DNA from: Octopus sinensis
Lineage: Eukaryota
Reading direction: 5' to 3'
DNA length: 64,000 nt
Assembly: GCF_006345805.1 (NCBI RefSeq)
Contig: NC_042999.1
Span: 58,776,001 to 58,840,000, forward strand
The notes under the pieces: model-generated
What the model saw: only the letters and a program-made list of their open reading frames with translations
Told to the model about the DNA's origin: nothing
The model's database searches: none
In this document: one piece after another, positions 39,377-50,317 of the stretch
Layout: each line of letters starts with the position of its first letter
Position numbering within the stretch: the stretch's first letter is position 1
Program-made: the position numbers and the translations under genes

Positions 39377-39850
39377 CGTATTCTTTCACAACTAACAAAA
39401 TGTATGGATACACACTATCTAAACAGACACCCATCCACACTACACATATACACGTAATGATTTATATTTACATATGTATATATGCCTATACATGTAAATG
39501 TATATATATATATATATGAACACACACACACACAAACACACATATATATGTAACTATGAATGTGTGAGCGCGTGTATATATATATGTGTGTGTAATTATA
39601 TGCAATTATATGATGCATGTTTATGTATATGTAGCTATCAATCTTTGCATCTTTCCCTCTATTTATAGAGATACACACGTATACACTCACATCCACACTC
39701 ACACACGCTCCTACACAAATGCATACACGAGCAAAAAGTTTTCTATAGATAAGGTAGTTGTATTTATAATGCTGCAATCATAACGTTATATATTTGAGTC
39801 TAGTATATAAACACATACATATGCATACATATGTGTGTATATGTATATGG

Positions 39851-39885
<35 letters not shown>

Positions 39886-40495
39886 GTGATATGCATATAT
39901 GTGTGTGTATGTGTGACAATGTGAGTGAACATGTCTGTACGCTTGTCTCCTTTTGTATAGGTATTTAAGTGTATTTTTACTCGTATATATGGCTGTGAAT
40001 AACTATAGAAACTTTTATCTGTTCTATACGTATACTAATTTAGAATGAAAATTACTTTCATTATGGGCCACCTTATTATTTTTATTGCTATTGTAAGCTG
40101 AGACGCGCTTGCGTGCGTTATAAGATTTACTAAACAATGGAAACTTTAGCGTACGAATTTGGAATCTAAAATTACATCAATAGCACGATTAGGATATTGT
40201 TTGCTTTAAAGCAGGACTTTAGCAGTCACTTTTGATGGATTAGCAACGTAAATGCTTTTCTAATGCTATTGTTCGGCTTTTCCGTGTGACATCCATTTTA
40301 TAAGTGAACGGAATAAATTATAGGATTCGAAGTTACAAATCGAATTTACCTTGCCAATACGAAGAGAATCAAAAAGAGGGTACACACGAAAAATGATCAG
40401 GTTCTAACGCATAAACCAAAACGTTCTGTATGCATGCATGCATACATATATACATACATGTATATATATATATATGTATCTATTCACAGAAACAC

Positions 40496-40564
<69 letters not shown>

Positions 40565-40604
40565 CTATATATATATATATACTTGTATATATATATATAT
40601 ATAT

Positions 40605-40637
<33 letters not shown>

Positions 40638-41787
40638 ATCTATTCATACACAGATACACACACGCATATATATATATACATGTATATATGAGTACATGCA
40701 TATAGAGAGACAAAAACAGAAAAGGGATATATATATATATATATATATCCAGGGCGGTGCATTAGTAGGTATACGGTAAGTATTGCTTCAATTTCACGAT
40801 ACTTAATTCATTAAAACTAATAGCACATTGAATTAGTTAGCCTCATTTTTGATATTTTCAGTGTCATTAATCATAATAGTACATTTATCATAAATATAAT
40901 AACACTTCTATCGTAACTTTTTTTGATAAAGTTAAATGCGCGTTGTACGTGTTTTCTTTTTCTATAACAGTATACCTACTTTTGCACACACACACACACA
41001 CACGCACATACATACATAGAGGACAGTATATTTATACATGAATATACATAAATGCATGTATTAATATATACGTCCTTCTAAATAAAGATTTAGAAATCAT
41101 TTCAGATTGAAAATCTAATAAAGATATTAATCAATATATTATAGGACACACGAGTGTGAATGAATGTACATAAATGACAGTGCAGGGCATCAATGTTAGA
41201 GATTACTCGCATGTGTATTCAGCAACAAATGGTTTTAAAGGTCTATTTATATAGTCATAGATGAACACGTGTTTACGTAATTATAAGCTGCACATCTCTT
41301 ATCCAGGCTCCACTGCACACGCGAAGTCATACATTTTTTTTTCATAGCCACATATTGTCACAAGCGAGCACATAATTTCGTGTAGCAGCTACTTTATTAT
41401 TTTAGAAGATGTCGTAAAATATTAAATCTAGTCACGTATACATACAATACACATCTGCGCATACACATATACAGGCACATACTTATACGTACGTACACAA
41501 GCATATATAAAGACATTTAGTTGTATTGTAAACTATATCGTGAATATTAAAAGGATCAGGAAAAATAAGAAAATGAAGCAAAATGAAAAAGAACAAAAAA
41601 AAAATCAGGTTTAAGATACGAAAACGAATGAAATGCATGAAAAATGACAAAACATGCACGTGTGCGTTTGTATAAGTATTGAAGACCCTGAGATTTGCTA
41701 ATGGAGTGGATAGATATATAGATGAATAGATTGACGGATAGTTAGATAGATGGATTGCTAGCTAGGTATATGGATAGATAACAGATG

Positions 41788-41942
41788 TGGCTGTGTGGTA
41801 ATATTTGTTTCCCAGCCACATGGTTTCGGGTTCTGTCTCACTGCATGTCACTTTGGACTACAGTCTTCTCTTATATCCGCGGGCCAAATAATGCCTTTTG
41901 AGTGGATTTGCTCGACGAAACACTGAAACAAGCCCGTCTCCT
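41788..41942 (+). mobile_element. SINE family S1, 5' half
   Basis: gtggctgtgtggtaa...ccacatggtttcgggttc...gagtggatttg. Confidence 0.75.
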
Positions 41943-42001
41943 ATATATATATATATATATAAGAAAAAAGGTTTGAAAATGCAATTTAAACGATGTTTAT
42001 T

Positions 42002-42044
42002 TACTTAACCGGTTTCACTCTTTGGTAAAAGATTGTCAAAAGTA
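42002..42044 (-). ncRNA. Hammerhead-like motif, U3-A8 core (left arm)
   Basis: Reverse complement identical to 43920-43962. Confidence 0.45.
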
Positions 42045-42259
42045 ACATTTAAGGAAACATTGAATAATATGGGTTCAAAAAAAGTTTTTTTACATAATTG
42101 TCACATTGAATATTATGCATTCAAAAAAGTTTTTTACATAATTGTCACATTGGATATTATGAATTCAAAAATGTTTTTTGATACATAATTGTCACATTAC
42201 ATGTATAAATATAGTGTTTGGTAACAGAGAAGTTCAATAGTGTGATGAGAATATTTGAC

Positions 42260-42285
42260 GTGTGTATGTATTTACATGTGTATTT

Positions 42286-42335
<50 letters not shown>

Positions 42336-43345
42336 TGTGTGTGTATATGCATGGTATGTGTGTATATGTTAGTACTTTGTTTGTGTGTGTGTGCGTTATG
42401 TAGAGATATATTTGAGTGTGTACGCTATAGGTTTGTATTTTGTGTGTGTGTGTGAATTTTTATATATATATATGTGTGTGTATGTGTGTGAAAAATATAT
42501 GTATGTGCATGTATGTATGTATGTATGTATGTATGTGTGTATATATATATATATATGTATATATATATGTGTGTGTGTATGTGTGTGTGTATATTTATTT
42601 GCATGTTTATGTGTGTATAAACATGTACATTATTTGCATGCGCATTGTGTATATGTATATTGTATGTATGTGTATTGTATATGTATGTGTACAATTAAGT
42701 GTATATATGTGTGTGTATGTGTGCATTGTATATATGTATATTGTAGGTGTGCTATGTATGCATGAATACATGTATATGCATTGCGTGTATATATATGTAT
42801 GCATTGTGTATGTATGTTATGTGTGTGTGTGTGTATATATATATTATATGTATGCGTACGTGTATGTGTATGCATTGTATGTATGTGTATTGTGTGTATA
42901 TGTGGTACATCTATGTATGTGTATGTAAACACTATTTATATGTATATATGTATATATGTATATATATATTATATGTATGTATTGCGTATGTATATTGCAT
43001 GCATATATTGTGTATGTGTATTATTTACATGCTGTATGTGTGTATTGTATGTGTATATATATGCTAGGTGTATTTGTGTGATATTTATATTATGTATGTA
43101 TGTGTGCGTGTGTTGTGTGTGTGTGTGTGTTGTGTGTGTATGTGTGTTATATATCTGTGTATATTATATATAGATACATGTTATATTTGTGTGCTGTGTG
43201 TATATGTGATATATGTGGGTGCGTTGTGTGTGGGTGTGTGTGTTCTGTGTGTGTGTGTGTTGTTTGTATGTGGTGTGTGTTTGTATACTATGTGTGTGTG
43301 TGTGTGTTGTTGTGTGTGTGTGTGTGTGTATATATATGTGTGTGA
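42260..43345. repeat. Degenerate (TG)/(TA) microsatellite, about 1.1 kb
   Basis: Direct reading. Confidence 0.9.
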
Positions 43346-43919
43346 CAAACAGACGCTATCTGACCAGCAGGCACGGACACATCTATTCACACCCGCATAC
43401 TGACCTCCTGATAACCCCAAAATCATTCATGCATAAAGGGGAAGTATACACCACATTGGCCACTTCTTTTCTCTCAGTTCAGCCTTTCTGCTAATACCGA
43501 CAGGTCAGTAAAAACATATTCTCGCCTTGAACTTAAAATATTCTGAGATGTATAAAAAATCCATTTTAATTTTTGCTGTCAAAAGGCTGTATATATATAC
43601 CAAAGACTGTATATATATACATGTAATGTGACAATTTGCGACAACAATAATTAACGCAACCAATTCCCAATAATATATTTGTTTTATCCTTTTCTGCCAA
43701 ATTTTCCCAAATATTCTCATCACACTATTGAACTTCTCTGTTACCAAACACTATATTTATACATGTAATGTGACAATTATGTATAAAAAAACATTTTTGA
43801 ATTCATAATATCCAATGTGACAATTATGTAAAAAACTTTTTTGAATGCATAATATTCAATGTGACAATTATGTAAAAAACTTTTTTTGAACCCATATTAT
43901 TCAATGTTTCCTTAAATGT

Positions 43920-43962
43920 TACTTTTGACAATCTTTTACCAAAGAGTGAAACCGGTTAAGTA
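43920..43962 (+). ncRNA. Hammerhead-like motif, U3-A8 core (right arm)
   Basis: tactt TTGACAA tcttt-tacc-aaaga gt GAAA ccggTT aagta, followed by aataaa. Confidence 0.45.
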
Positions 43963-44032
43963 AATAAACATCGTTTAAATTGCATTTTCAAACCTTTTTC
44001 TTATATAATCCCACTCGTGCGATACCCCACAA

Positions 44033-44074
<42 letters not shown>

Positions 44075-44144
44075 ATATAATATATATATATATATGATGA
44101 GACGCGTGTTATTTGTCTCCAAATTATATGTCAATTGTTAAGGC

Positions 44145-44217
44145 ACGGTTACTGATGAGGATTTACATAGCAAATTATTTTATTTGCTAAAATAATCTGA
44201 AACCTAGGTATGACCGT
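44145..44217 (+). ncRNA. Type I hammerhead ribozyme with canonical core
   Basis: Stem I acggtta/tgaccgt; CTGATGA; stem II ggatt/aatct extended by tagcaaat/atttgcta; GAAA; palindromic stem III ACCTAGGT; GUA site. Confidence 0.85.
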
Positions 44218-44585
44218 AAAAAGTAATATTTTTCATCCCTTTCGAAAATTTCTCTTAAAATGTAGTTTTGGTCGTTTGACTGTTTCTTCTAGCGTGAAAA
44301 ATTACCTATTAAAAGAATATTTTTCATGTGTTTAAACGTACGCTATTTCACAGACACACACACATACGTGTGTGTGTGTGTACACACATGCATATATGGG
44401 CATAGGACGTCACCAACAGTACAAATAACCTGAAATAAGGAAACAACGAGAAAAAATGCAAAACAAAGAACAAGTTAAAAACAGAGAAAGGACCCTTTAT
44501 CAGTTGTCGGCTGTCTATCTACTCCTCATTTGGAGCATTAGATTATGTAGATAGTTAGATAGATAGATATGCATGTGTCTGTGTA

Positions 44586-44636
<51 letters not shown>

Positions 44637-44653
44637 CACATACACACAATTAT

Positions 44654-45246
44654 CACTAAGGGGAATAAGGGTGCAAATCAGCACCAGCATTGCTAGAAAT
44701 AAAAGTCAAGATACTCTTAGCAACGGGCAAAACACTTCTCTATTGATTGACAAGGAAGACCACCTTCCTGCAGCAAGCGAGTGTGTCTGTCACTTCATCG
44801 ATGATCCCAGATTGAACTAAGTCTCATCAATGACATTTCATTGCCTAAATTTAAATTGTAGTCGCTTTGTCTGTTTATAGAAAATACTATAGGAATCAGC
44901 GGCTGATTCGGTAAAATGGTAAAGTAAAAATTATAAATTATTAAGATGGCTTGTCGCAATTAAAAACCCAAACGGCATAAGTACAGTCTTCACTAAAATG
45001 CCTAAGGGTGCAAATCAGCACAAGAATTCCTAGCAATAAAAGTCGAAACAACTCATAGTCATGGGTAAAGCACTTATCTATTGATTGACAAGGGAGACAA
45101 CCTCCCTACAGCAAGCGAAGGTGCCATATCATCGTTGATTTCGGATTTAATTAATCCTCATCTGTGACACTTACTCCGTGGCTAAGAGTTGTTTTGACAC
45201 TTCTAGCAATGCTGGGGCCGACTTGCACACTTAATCACTTTAGTGA
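44654..45246. repeat. Cluster of a ~180-bp repeat: two direct copies and one inverted partial
   Basis: 44654-44837 (+), 44991-45172 (+), 45188-45246 (-); related piece at 34691-34765. Confidence 0.75.
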
Positions 45247-45884
45247 CAATTGTACTTGTGACTTTTGGTTTTTAAAAACGGATTGAACATGCTTTTACGA
45301 GGCGAGCAACAGTTTAGCCCCTGGGAACAAGACTCATTGAGGATATCTAAGAGGAATATCTGAGAACGAAATCACGTGAATTGGATATATCTGCGTTCTC
45401 ATTTGCGATTGTCCATCGCCTTGGTATGTTGGCTATTCTTTTTCGCTTTCCCGATTTCGTCAGATTCTTTTGTATATATATATATATGGAGAATTCACAG
45501 AAAAAAAACGCCCCAAAATAAAGCGCTTCTTATGCTTCTTTTATTTTTCAAAATTAAGGTAAAGTTCTTTTTTAATCTGAAATATACTTTCCTAAATTTT
45601 CTACAATGCTCTTCCATCTATCTAGTAGACTTGCAAGGCCCCTCTTCCAAAATTCACTTTCCGTGACGAAAAATACTCCTCTAGTACTATTCTGACCTCG
45701 TATCACAAAACTAAAGCTTCTCTGTTAGTTCCTCAACAGTCACGATGGGATTTTTTGCACCAGGCTTTGCATGACCTCCCCGTCGAGCTCTACAGATCTT
45801 CCAGGACGAGGCTCGTCTTCTAGACTTTAGTTTCCGGCTTGAAATTTCTGGAACTACAGTTGACATTGGCTTATGCTCATATAT

Positions 45885-46550
45885 AAGGTAAATGTTTTTA
45901 TTTTTCATTTCCTTCGAAATTACCCTTAACCATGGTTTGGATTTTGACTGGCACTTCTAGCATGTTAGGTGTCCTATCAGGGCACCTCTTATGTGTTTAA
46001 ATGTACACTAATTTTATATGAATGATATATAGTCTGTTGACGATTTTCTGCATACTAGGCCACTGGTAGAAAAATTTTTATAATTTTCCTACCTATATAT
46101 TTTTCTTAATATGATTTTAGTAATGTTGAAGTAAATCAACATTTTTATTTGCTGCCGACTAAAACTGCGCTTGCACGGTGGATTTGAAAAATTATAATAT
46201 ATAAAGATGAGACATGGGCTATTTTCTCTCATAATTATATGTTAATCTTTGGCGTACCGGGTGATGAGAACTTCGCCTGAAGTTCGAAACCATGGTCCGG
46301 TAACAAAATATGGTAAATGTTTTTATTTTTCATTCCCTTCGAAATTACCCCTGATCATGGTTTGGATTTTGACTCGTTCTTTTAGCATTTTAGGTGTCCT
46401 GTCAGGACACCTCTTATGTGTTTACATGTACAGTAATTTTATATGAATAATATTTAGTCTATTGACTATTTTCTGCATGCTAGACCACTGGTAGAAACAT
46501 TTCTATAATTTCCCAATCCTGTATATTTTTCCTTGTATAAATATATATAT
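45885..46550 (+). repeat. Two diverged ~245-bp direct repeats (45885-46130, 46311-46550)
   Basis: Both run ggtaaatgtttt...ttcgaaattaccc...atgtgttta.atgtac...ccactggtagaaa; a homologous piece lies at 44228-44340. Confidence 0.9.
46255..46302 (+). ncRNA. Type I hammerhead-like motif with damaged C3
   Basis: taccg gGTGATGA gaacttc-gcct-gaagttc GAAA ccatgGTC cggta; palindromic ACCATGGT. Confidence 0.7.
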
Positions 46551-46553
46551 TTC

Positions 46554-46606
46554 AACAAAACTGTCCGACGAACGGGAACGTGAAACTCTGAGTAACAGAT
46601 TTTGTT
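46554..46606 (+). ncRNA. Type I hammerhead, U4C core variant
   Basis: aacaaaa ctgt CCGACGA acg-ggaa-cgt GAAA ctc-t-gaGTA acag a ttttgtt. Confidence 0.75.
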
Positions 46607-46630
46607 ATATTTCTGCTGCTTTTAAATAAA

Positions 46631-46660
<30 letters not shown>

Positions 46661-46666
<6 letters not shown>

Positions 46667-47727
46667 GATATAGGATAAAATTTTTTTCGGGAAAAAATTT
46701 TTTATCAATGGCCAGCATATCAAAAAATGCCTTTAAAGGTAAAATTTATACATAATTTACAAGATAAGGGCAGAAGAGAAATTCTAATGCCAGATACACC
46801 AAGTCCCGAGCAGACTTAAGTACCCCAAATATATCCAAAATAGAAAAATCTTCGGCGCACCTCGAGACACGTGTGATTCGAACTAGAAACTTTCACAGAA
46901 TCATAGAATCCGGAAGTGCACACTAATCTATTTATAATTGATATAGGATAAAAATTTTTTCGGGAGAAAAATTTTATCATTGGCCAGCATATCAAAAAAT
47001 GCCTTTCAGGGTAAAATTTATACATAATTTACAAGATAAGGGCAGAAGAAAAATTCTAATGCCAGATACGCCAAAACAAAAAATTGTCGATAGAGGGGAA
47101 AATTTCTTGTGAATTAACCCCGAAATTGGACCAATACGGTAATAACGAAATTTTTTTAGAGATTTCTATCAGTTTGTTTCGAGACGCATAAATTTAATGG
47201 TTATCGACAATTTTTTATATCGGCGTATCTGGCATTATAATTTTCTTCTGCCCTTAACTTGTAAATTATGTATAAATTTTACCTTTAAAGGCATTTTTTG
47301 ATATGCTGGCCATTGATAAAAAAATATTTTCCCGAAAAAAATGTTATCCTATATCAATTATAAATAGATTAGTGTTCACTTCCGGATTCTATCACTCTGT
47401 GAAAGTTTCTAGTTCGAATCATACGTGTCTCGAGGTGCGCCGAAGATTTTTCTATTTTGGATATATTTGGGGTACTTAAGTCTGCTCGGGACTTGGTGCT
47501 TGCTTCTTCCGAGGGTATGAATAAGTATTTCATTGATATCTCGCGTATGTGCCGCTGGAGAGGGGAAAATTTCTTGTGAATTAACCCCGAAATTGGACCA
47601 ATACAGTAATAACGAATTTTTTAGAAATTTCTATCGGTTTGTTTCGAGACGCATAAATTTAATGGTTATCGACAATTTTTTGTTTCGGCGTATCTGGCAT
47701 TAGAATTTTTCTTCTGCCCTTATCTTG

Positions 47728-47729
<2 letters not shown>
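46661..47729. repeat. Complex palindromic rearrangement X-Y-X-Z-X'-Y'-W-Z-X'
   Basis: Near-identical segments; main arms 46798-47092 / 47202-47497; (TA)n on both flanks. Confidence 0.92.
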
Positions 47730-47778
<49 letters not shown>

Positions 47779-47865
47779 GTTGAAATTATAGAACAACAAA
47801 AGACAAAGACAGGTGTATAAATAACAAGCAGGTGTATTAGTTTGACGCTCGAGTATGTGAGAAAG

Positions 47866-47903
47866 ACTTTTACGTTTCGAGCCTATCCTTTTTCAACAGA
47901 TAG
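47866..47903 (-). ncRNA. Degenerate hammerhead-like motif, core CUGUUGA (same family as 30163)
   Basis: ctat CTGTTGA aaaagg-atag-gctc GAAAC GTA aaag; flanking sequence homologous to 30100-30170. Confidence 0.4.
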
Positions 47904-47975
47904 GGACACGATGAAATAAACAGAGTGAATAAAAAAACTTGTGGATTTAGTGGTCAATCATGGCGACTCGTGTAA

Positions 47976-48018
<43 letters not shown>

Positions 48019-48385
48019 CACAGGCAGGCACGTATACATTTGTATATAAATATATGTTTATATATTTTTGTATTTGGTTTGCATTTGGTGTGAATTCGTG
48101 TGTTGGACCATGTTTTATTGTGTCTGGGGAGAATCATTCTCTTTTAGCGCCTTATTACTTATTACTAATAACCTGAGGTATTTGCAAGATGCAACGAAAG
48201 TTTTAGAAAAATAAGTAAGCAAATGAGCAGAAATCGCACCGGTGTGTGTGTTAAGTAATAAGACCCTAAAAGAGAATGACTCACCCCAGACTCAATAGTA
48301 TACAAACATATGCACATAAGTTAGCACATAAATGCAAAACGAGGTGGAAAAAACAGTACTCGAATACTAAAGGTAGAGTAATATG

Positions 48386-48535
48386 CTTTTATTAAAGCTG
48401 CAAAATTATCACAACATTATTTCTCAGAGTTTTACTTTCCCGTTCTTGGGACAGTTGTCATTATAAATGTCCGACGAACGGGAAATATAAGCACTGAGTA
48501 ACAACGTTGTAAAAATTTCCTAGTTTTAATAAAAG
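48386..48535. repeat. Head-to-head inverted pair of degenerate copies of the 46554 HHR unit
   Basis: Left arm reverse complement ctgtcccaagaacgggaaagtaaaactctgag; right arm atgtccgacgaacgggaaa..actgagtaaca; both end in ttaataaaag. Confidence 0.75.
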
Positions 48536-48557
48536 TGTGTATATATAAATACATATA

Positions 48558-49375
48558 CGATGGGGAACTCAAAAGAAACCAGAATTTTGCAATATTATTT
48601 TTACTCTCTTAGTTTTACATGTTTATGCTTTTACCGATTTCCAAGTGTTTTCCGTTTGATGCAATGCGTTGGTCCAGAAGCGTTTTCCCTTATTCGAAGC
48701 AGTGCTGGAACTCTTGCGAAATGATGCTTTTTTACGCCTCTGTCGCTTTTTTCTTCACCTCTTCCACATTTTCAAATTCCGTACCACAAGCTTTCATCAA
48801 CAGCGATAACCTTCGAATGAGGGTCGGAATCAACTTCAAACTGTTCTCTCAGGTCACGACATGCAGTCATTCGTGACTGCTTTTGATCTTTCGAGAACAA
48901 ACGAGAAACAAGTTTTGCTGTAACTCTTTTTCGTTCGCAAATCCTCGCTCAAAATTCATTGGCAGGCGCTCCAGGACACACCACTCATCTCAACTTATTC
49001 GTCAATTGTTCGGTGACGGTCATCCAAGATCACTTCATGAATTTTCATGTTTTCATACGTTCGGGAGGTCGATGGATGCCTTGAACGAGCGACAGGTGAC
49101 CATTTCCAAAGCGTGAAAGACACTCGTAAACTTGTGCTTTTCTCACGGCAGCGTTCTTGTAAGCCGTTTTCCCCAGCATAAAACAAAATTTCACGCAGGC
49201 ACGCTATTTCTTCATTTTAACCATTGAAAAAATCGACAAACAGAGGAGAGGTACTGCAAAACAAAGACGCACCACGTGGCAGCATAACCTCACACGCTGA
49301 AGCCAATCGGCAGACTAATGCCTGAAAGGTATGTCCCACAGAGAACGTTTCCGGTTACTTTTGGGTACCTCTTCG
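48558..49375 (-). mobile_element. Mariner family M2, internal-deletion derivative (818 bp)
   Basis: TIR cgaagaggtacccaaaagtaaccgg matches 5556; TA flanks; catalytic region deleted after the IAVDE-like motif. Confidence 0.9.
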
Positions 49376-49870
49376 TACATATATCTATCTATCTGTATAT
49401 ATGTATATGCTAGATTATTTGTTTTGATGACATATAAAGGTCAATAAAAATGTCCGATTGTTTTTTTCTTCTATTCCGATTTCATGTATATTTTATGCTT
49501 TTGTTTAATAATGTTTTATTATCAGTGTATCACATTTTATTTGATCCATTTATTTTATTTTTGATTTCTTATTCTTTAATCTCTATGTACTTTATTTTAA
49601 TGCTTATAAGAGAATTCGTCATTATATCCTTGTGTCTTATTGAGACGCATTGTACTCTACAATTACGAAAATGTATTGTTATACAAATAAAAAATTAGGT
49701 ACTTTTGAAAAACCACTTGAGGAGATATTGCATCATAACTGTTTGTACAGCATCTCACCTGTAAGTTATTGGTGCAAGGTAGGTCGAGACGATGGTAGTG
49801 GTACAGTTCTATATTTAAGAGATGAGGAATTATGTACGACGGATATTTGTCCTCATCTTGTTTGTTGTTA

Positions 49871-49914
49871 ACACAACGTTTCGGCTGATATACCCTCCAG
49901 CCTTCTGCAGGTGT
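49871..49914 (-). ncRNA. Minimal hammerhead, A6C core
   Basis: acac CTGCAGA a ggctg-10nt-cagcc GAAAC GTT gtgt. Confidence 0.55.
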
Positions 49915-49985
49915 CTTGTAGAAATTTCGGAACTGGGTTCTCATTCCTAAGAGATTTTTAGATATTATTATCATTATTATTGATA

Positions 49986-50062
49986 GCGTTCAGGTCACTG
50001 CTTTGAATCGAAGTCGGAATCTTGGGGTTAGTAGCCCGCGCTCTTAACCAGTGCACCATATT
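49986..50062 (-). mobile_element. Short tRNA-like SINE head with (AAT)n tail
   Basis: tggtgcactggttaagagcgcggg...acttcgattc (A/B-box-like); no proper acceptor stem. Confidence 0.6.
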
Positions 50063-50273
50063 CACGTGGGCAATTATGGAGAGAATTTTAGGGCTTATAA
50101 ATCTAATATTTTTCTATCCTTCCTTAATACCGGGGCCCATATGCTGCTCATATCTGCACTCGGTCTGTTTAGGAGGTCATTGTGTCCTAGCATATGTGCT
50201 GCTTCTTTCTTTTTTAGAGAACACCACTAGAAAATACGAAAACTAAAAGAACCAGGTTCGAAATTTCCTCAAG

Positions 50274-50317
50274 AAACCTGAAGAAGGCTGGAGGGTATAT
50301 CAGCCGAAACGTTGTGT
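50274..50317 (+). ncRNA. Minimal hammerhead, intact CUGAAGA core
   Basis: aaac CTGAAGA a ggctg-10nt-cagcc GAAAC GTT gtgt; one stem I mismatch. Confidence 0.7.

Larger units (their letters stand above)
41958..44007. repeat. Long inverted repeat: about 300-bp arms (41958-42257 / 43708-44007), 1.45-kb spacer; each arm has 3 tandem ~45-bp units and an HHR-like motif
   Basis: Arms are near-identical reverse complements; ORFs 42218+ and 43747- share MVTEKFNSVMRIF. Confidence 0.95.

Noticed and set aside
42074-42200. Three ~45-bp repeats resembling a CRISPR array
   Set aside because: Contiguous tandem units without unique spacers, eukaryotic context, no cas genes.
45425-45470. Minus-strand CTGACGA...GAAA
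   Set aside because: No pairing for stems I, II or III.
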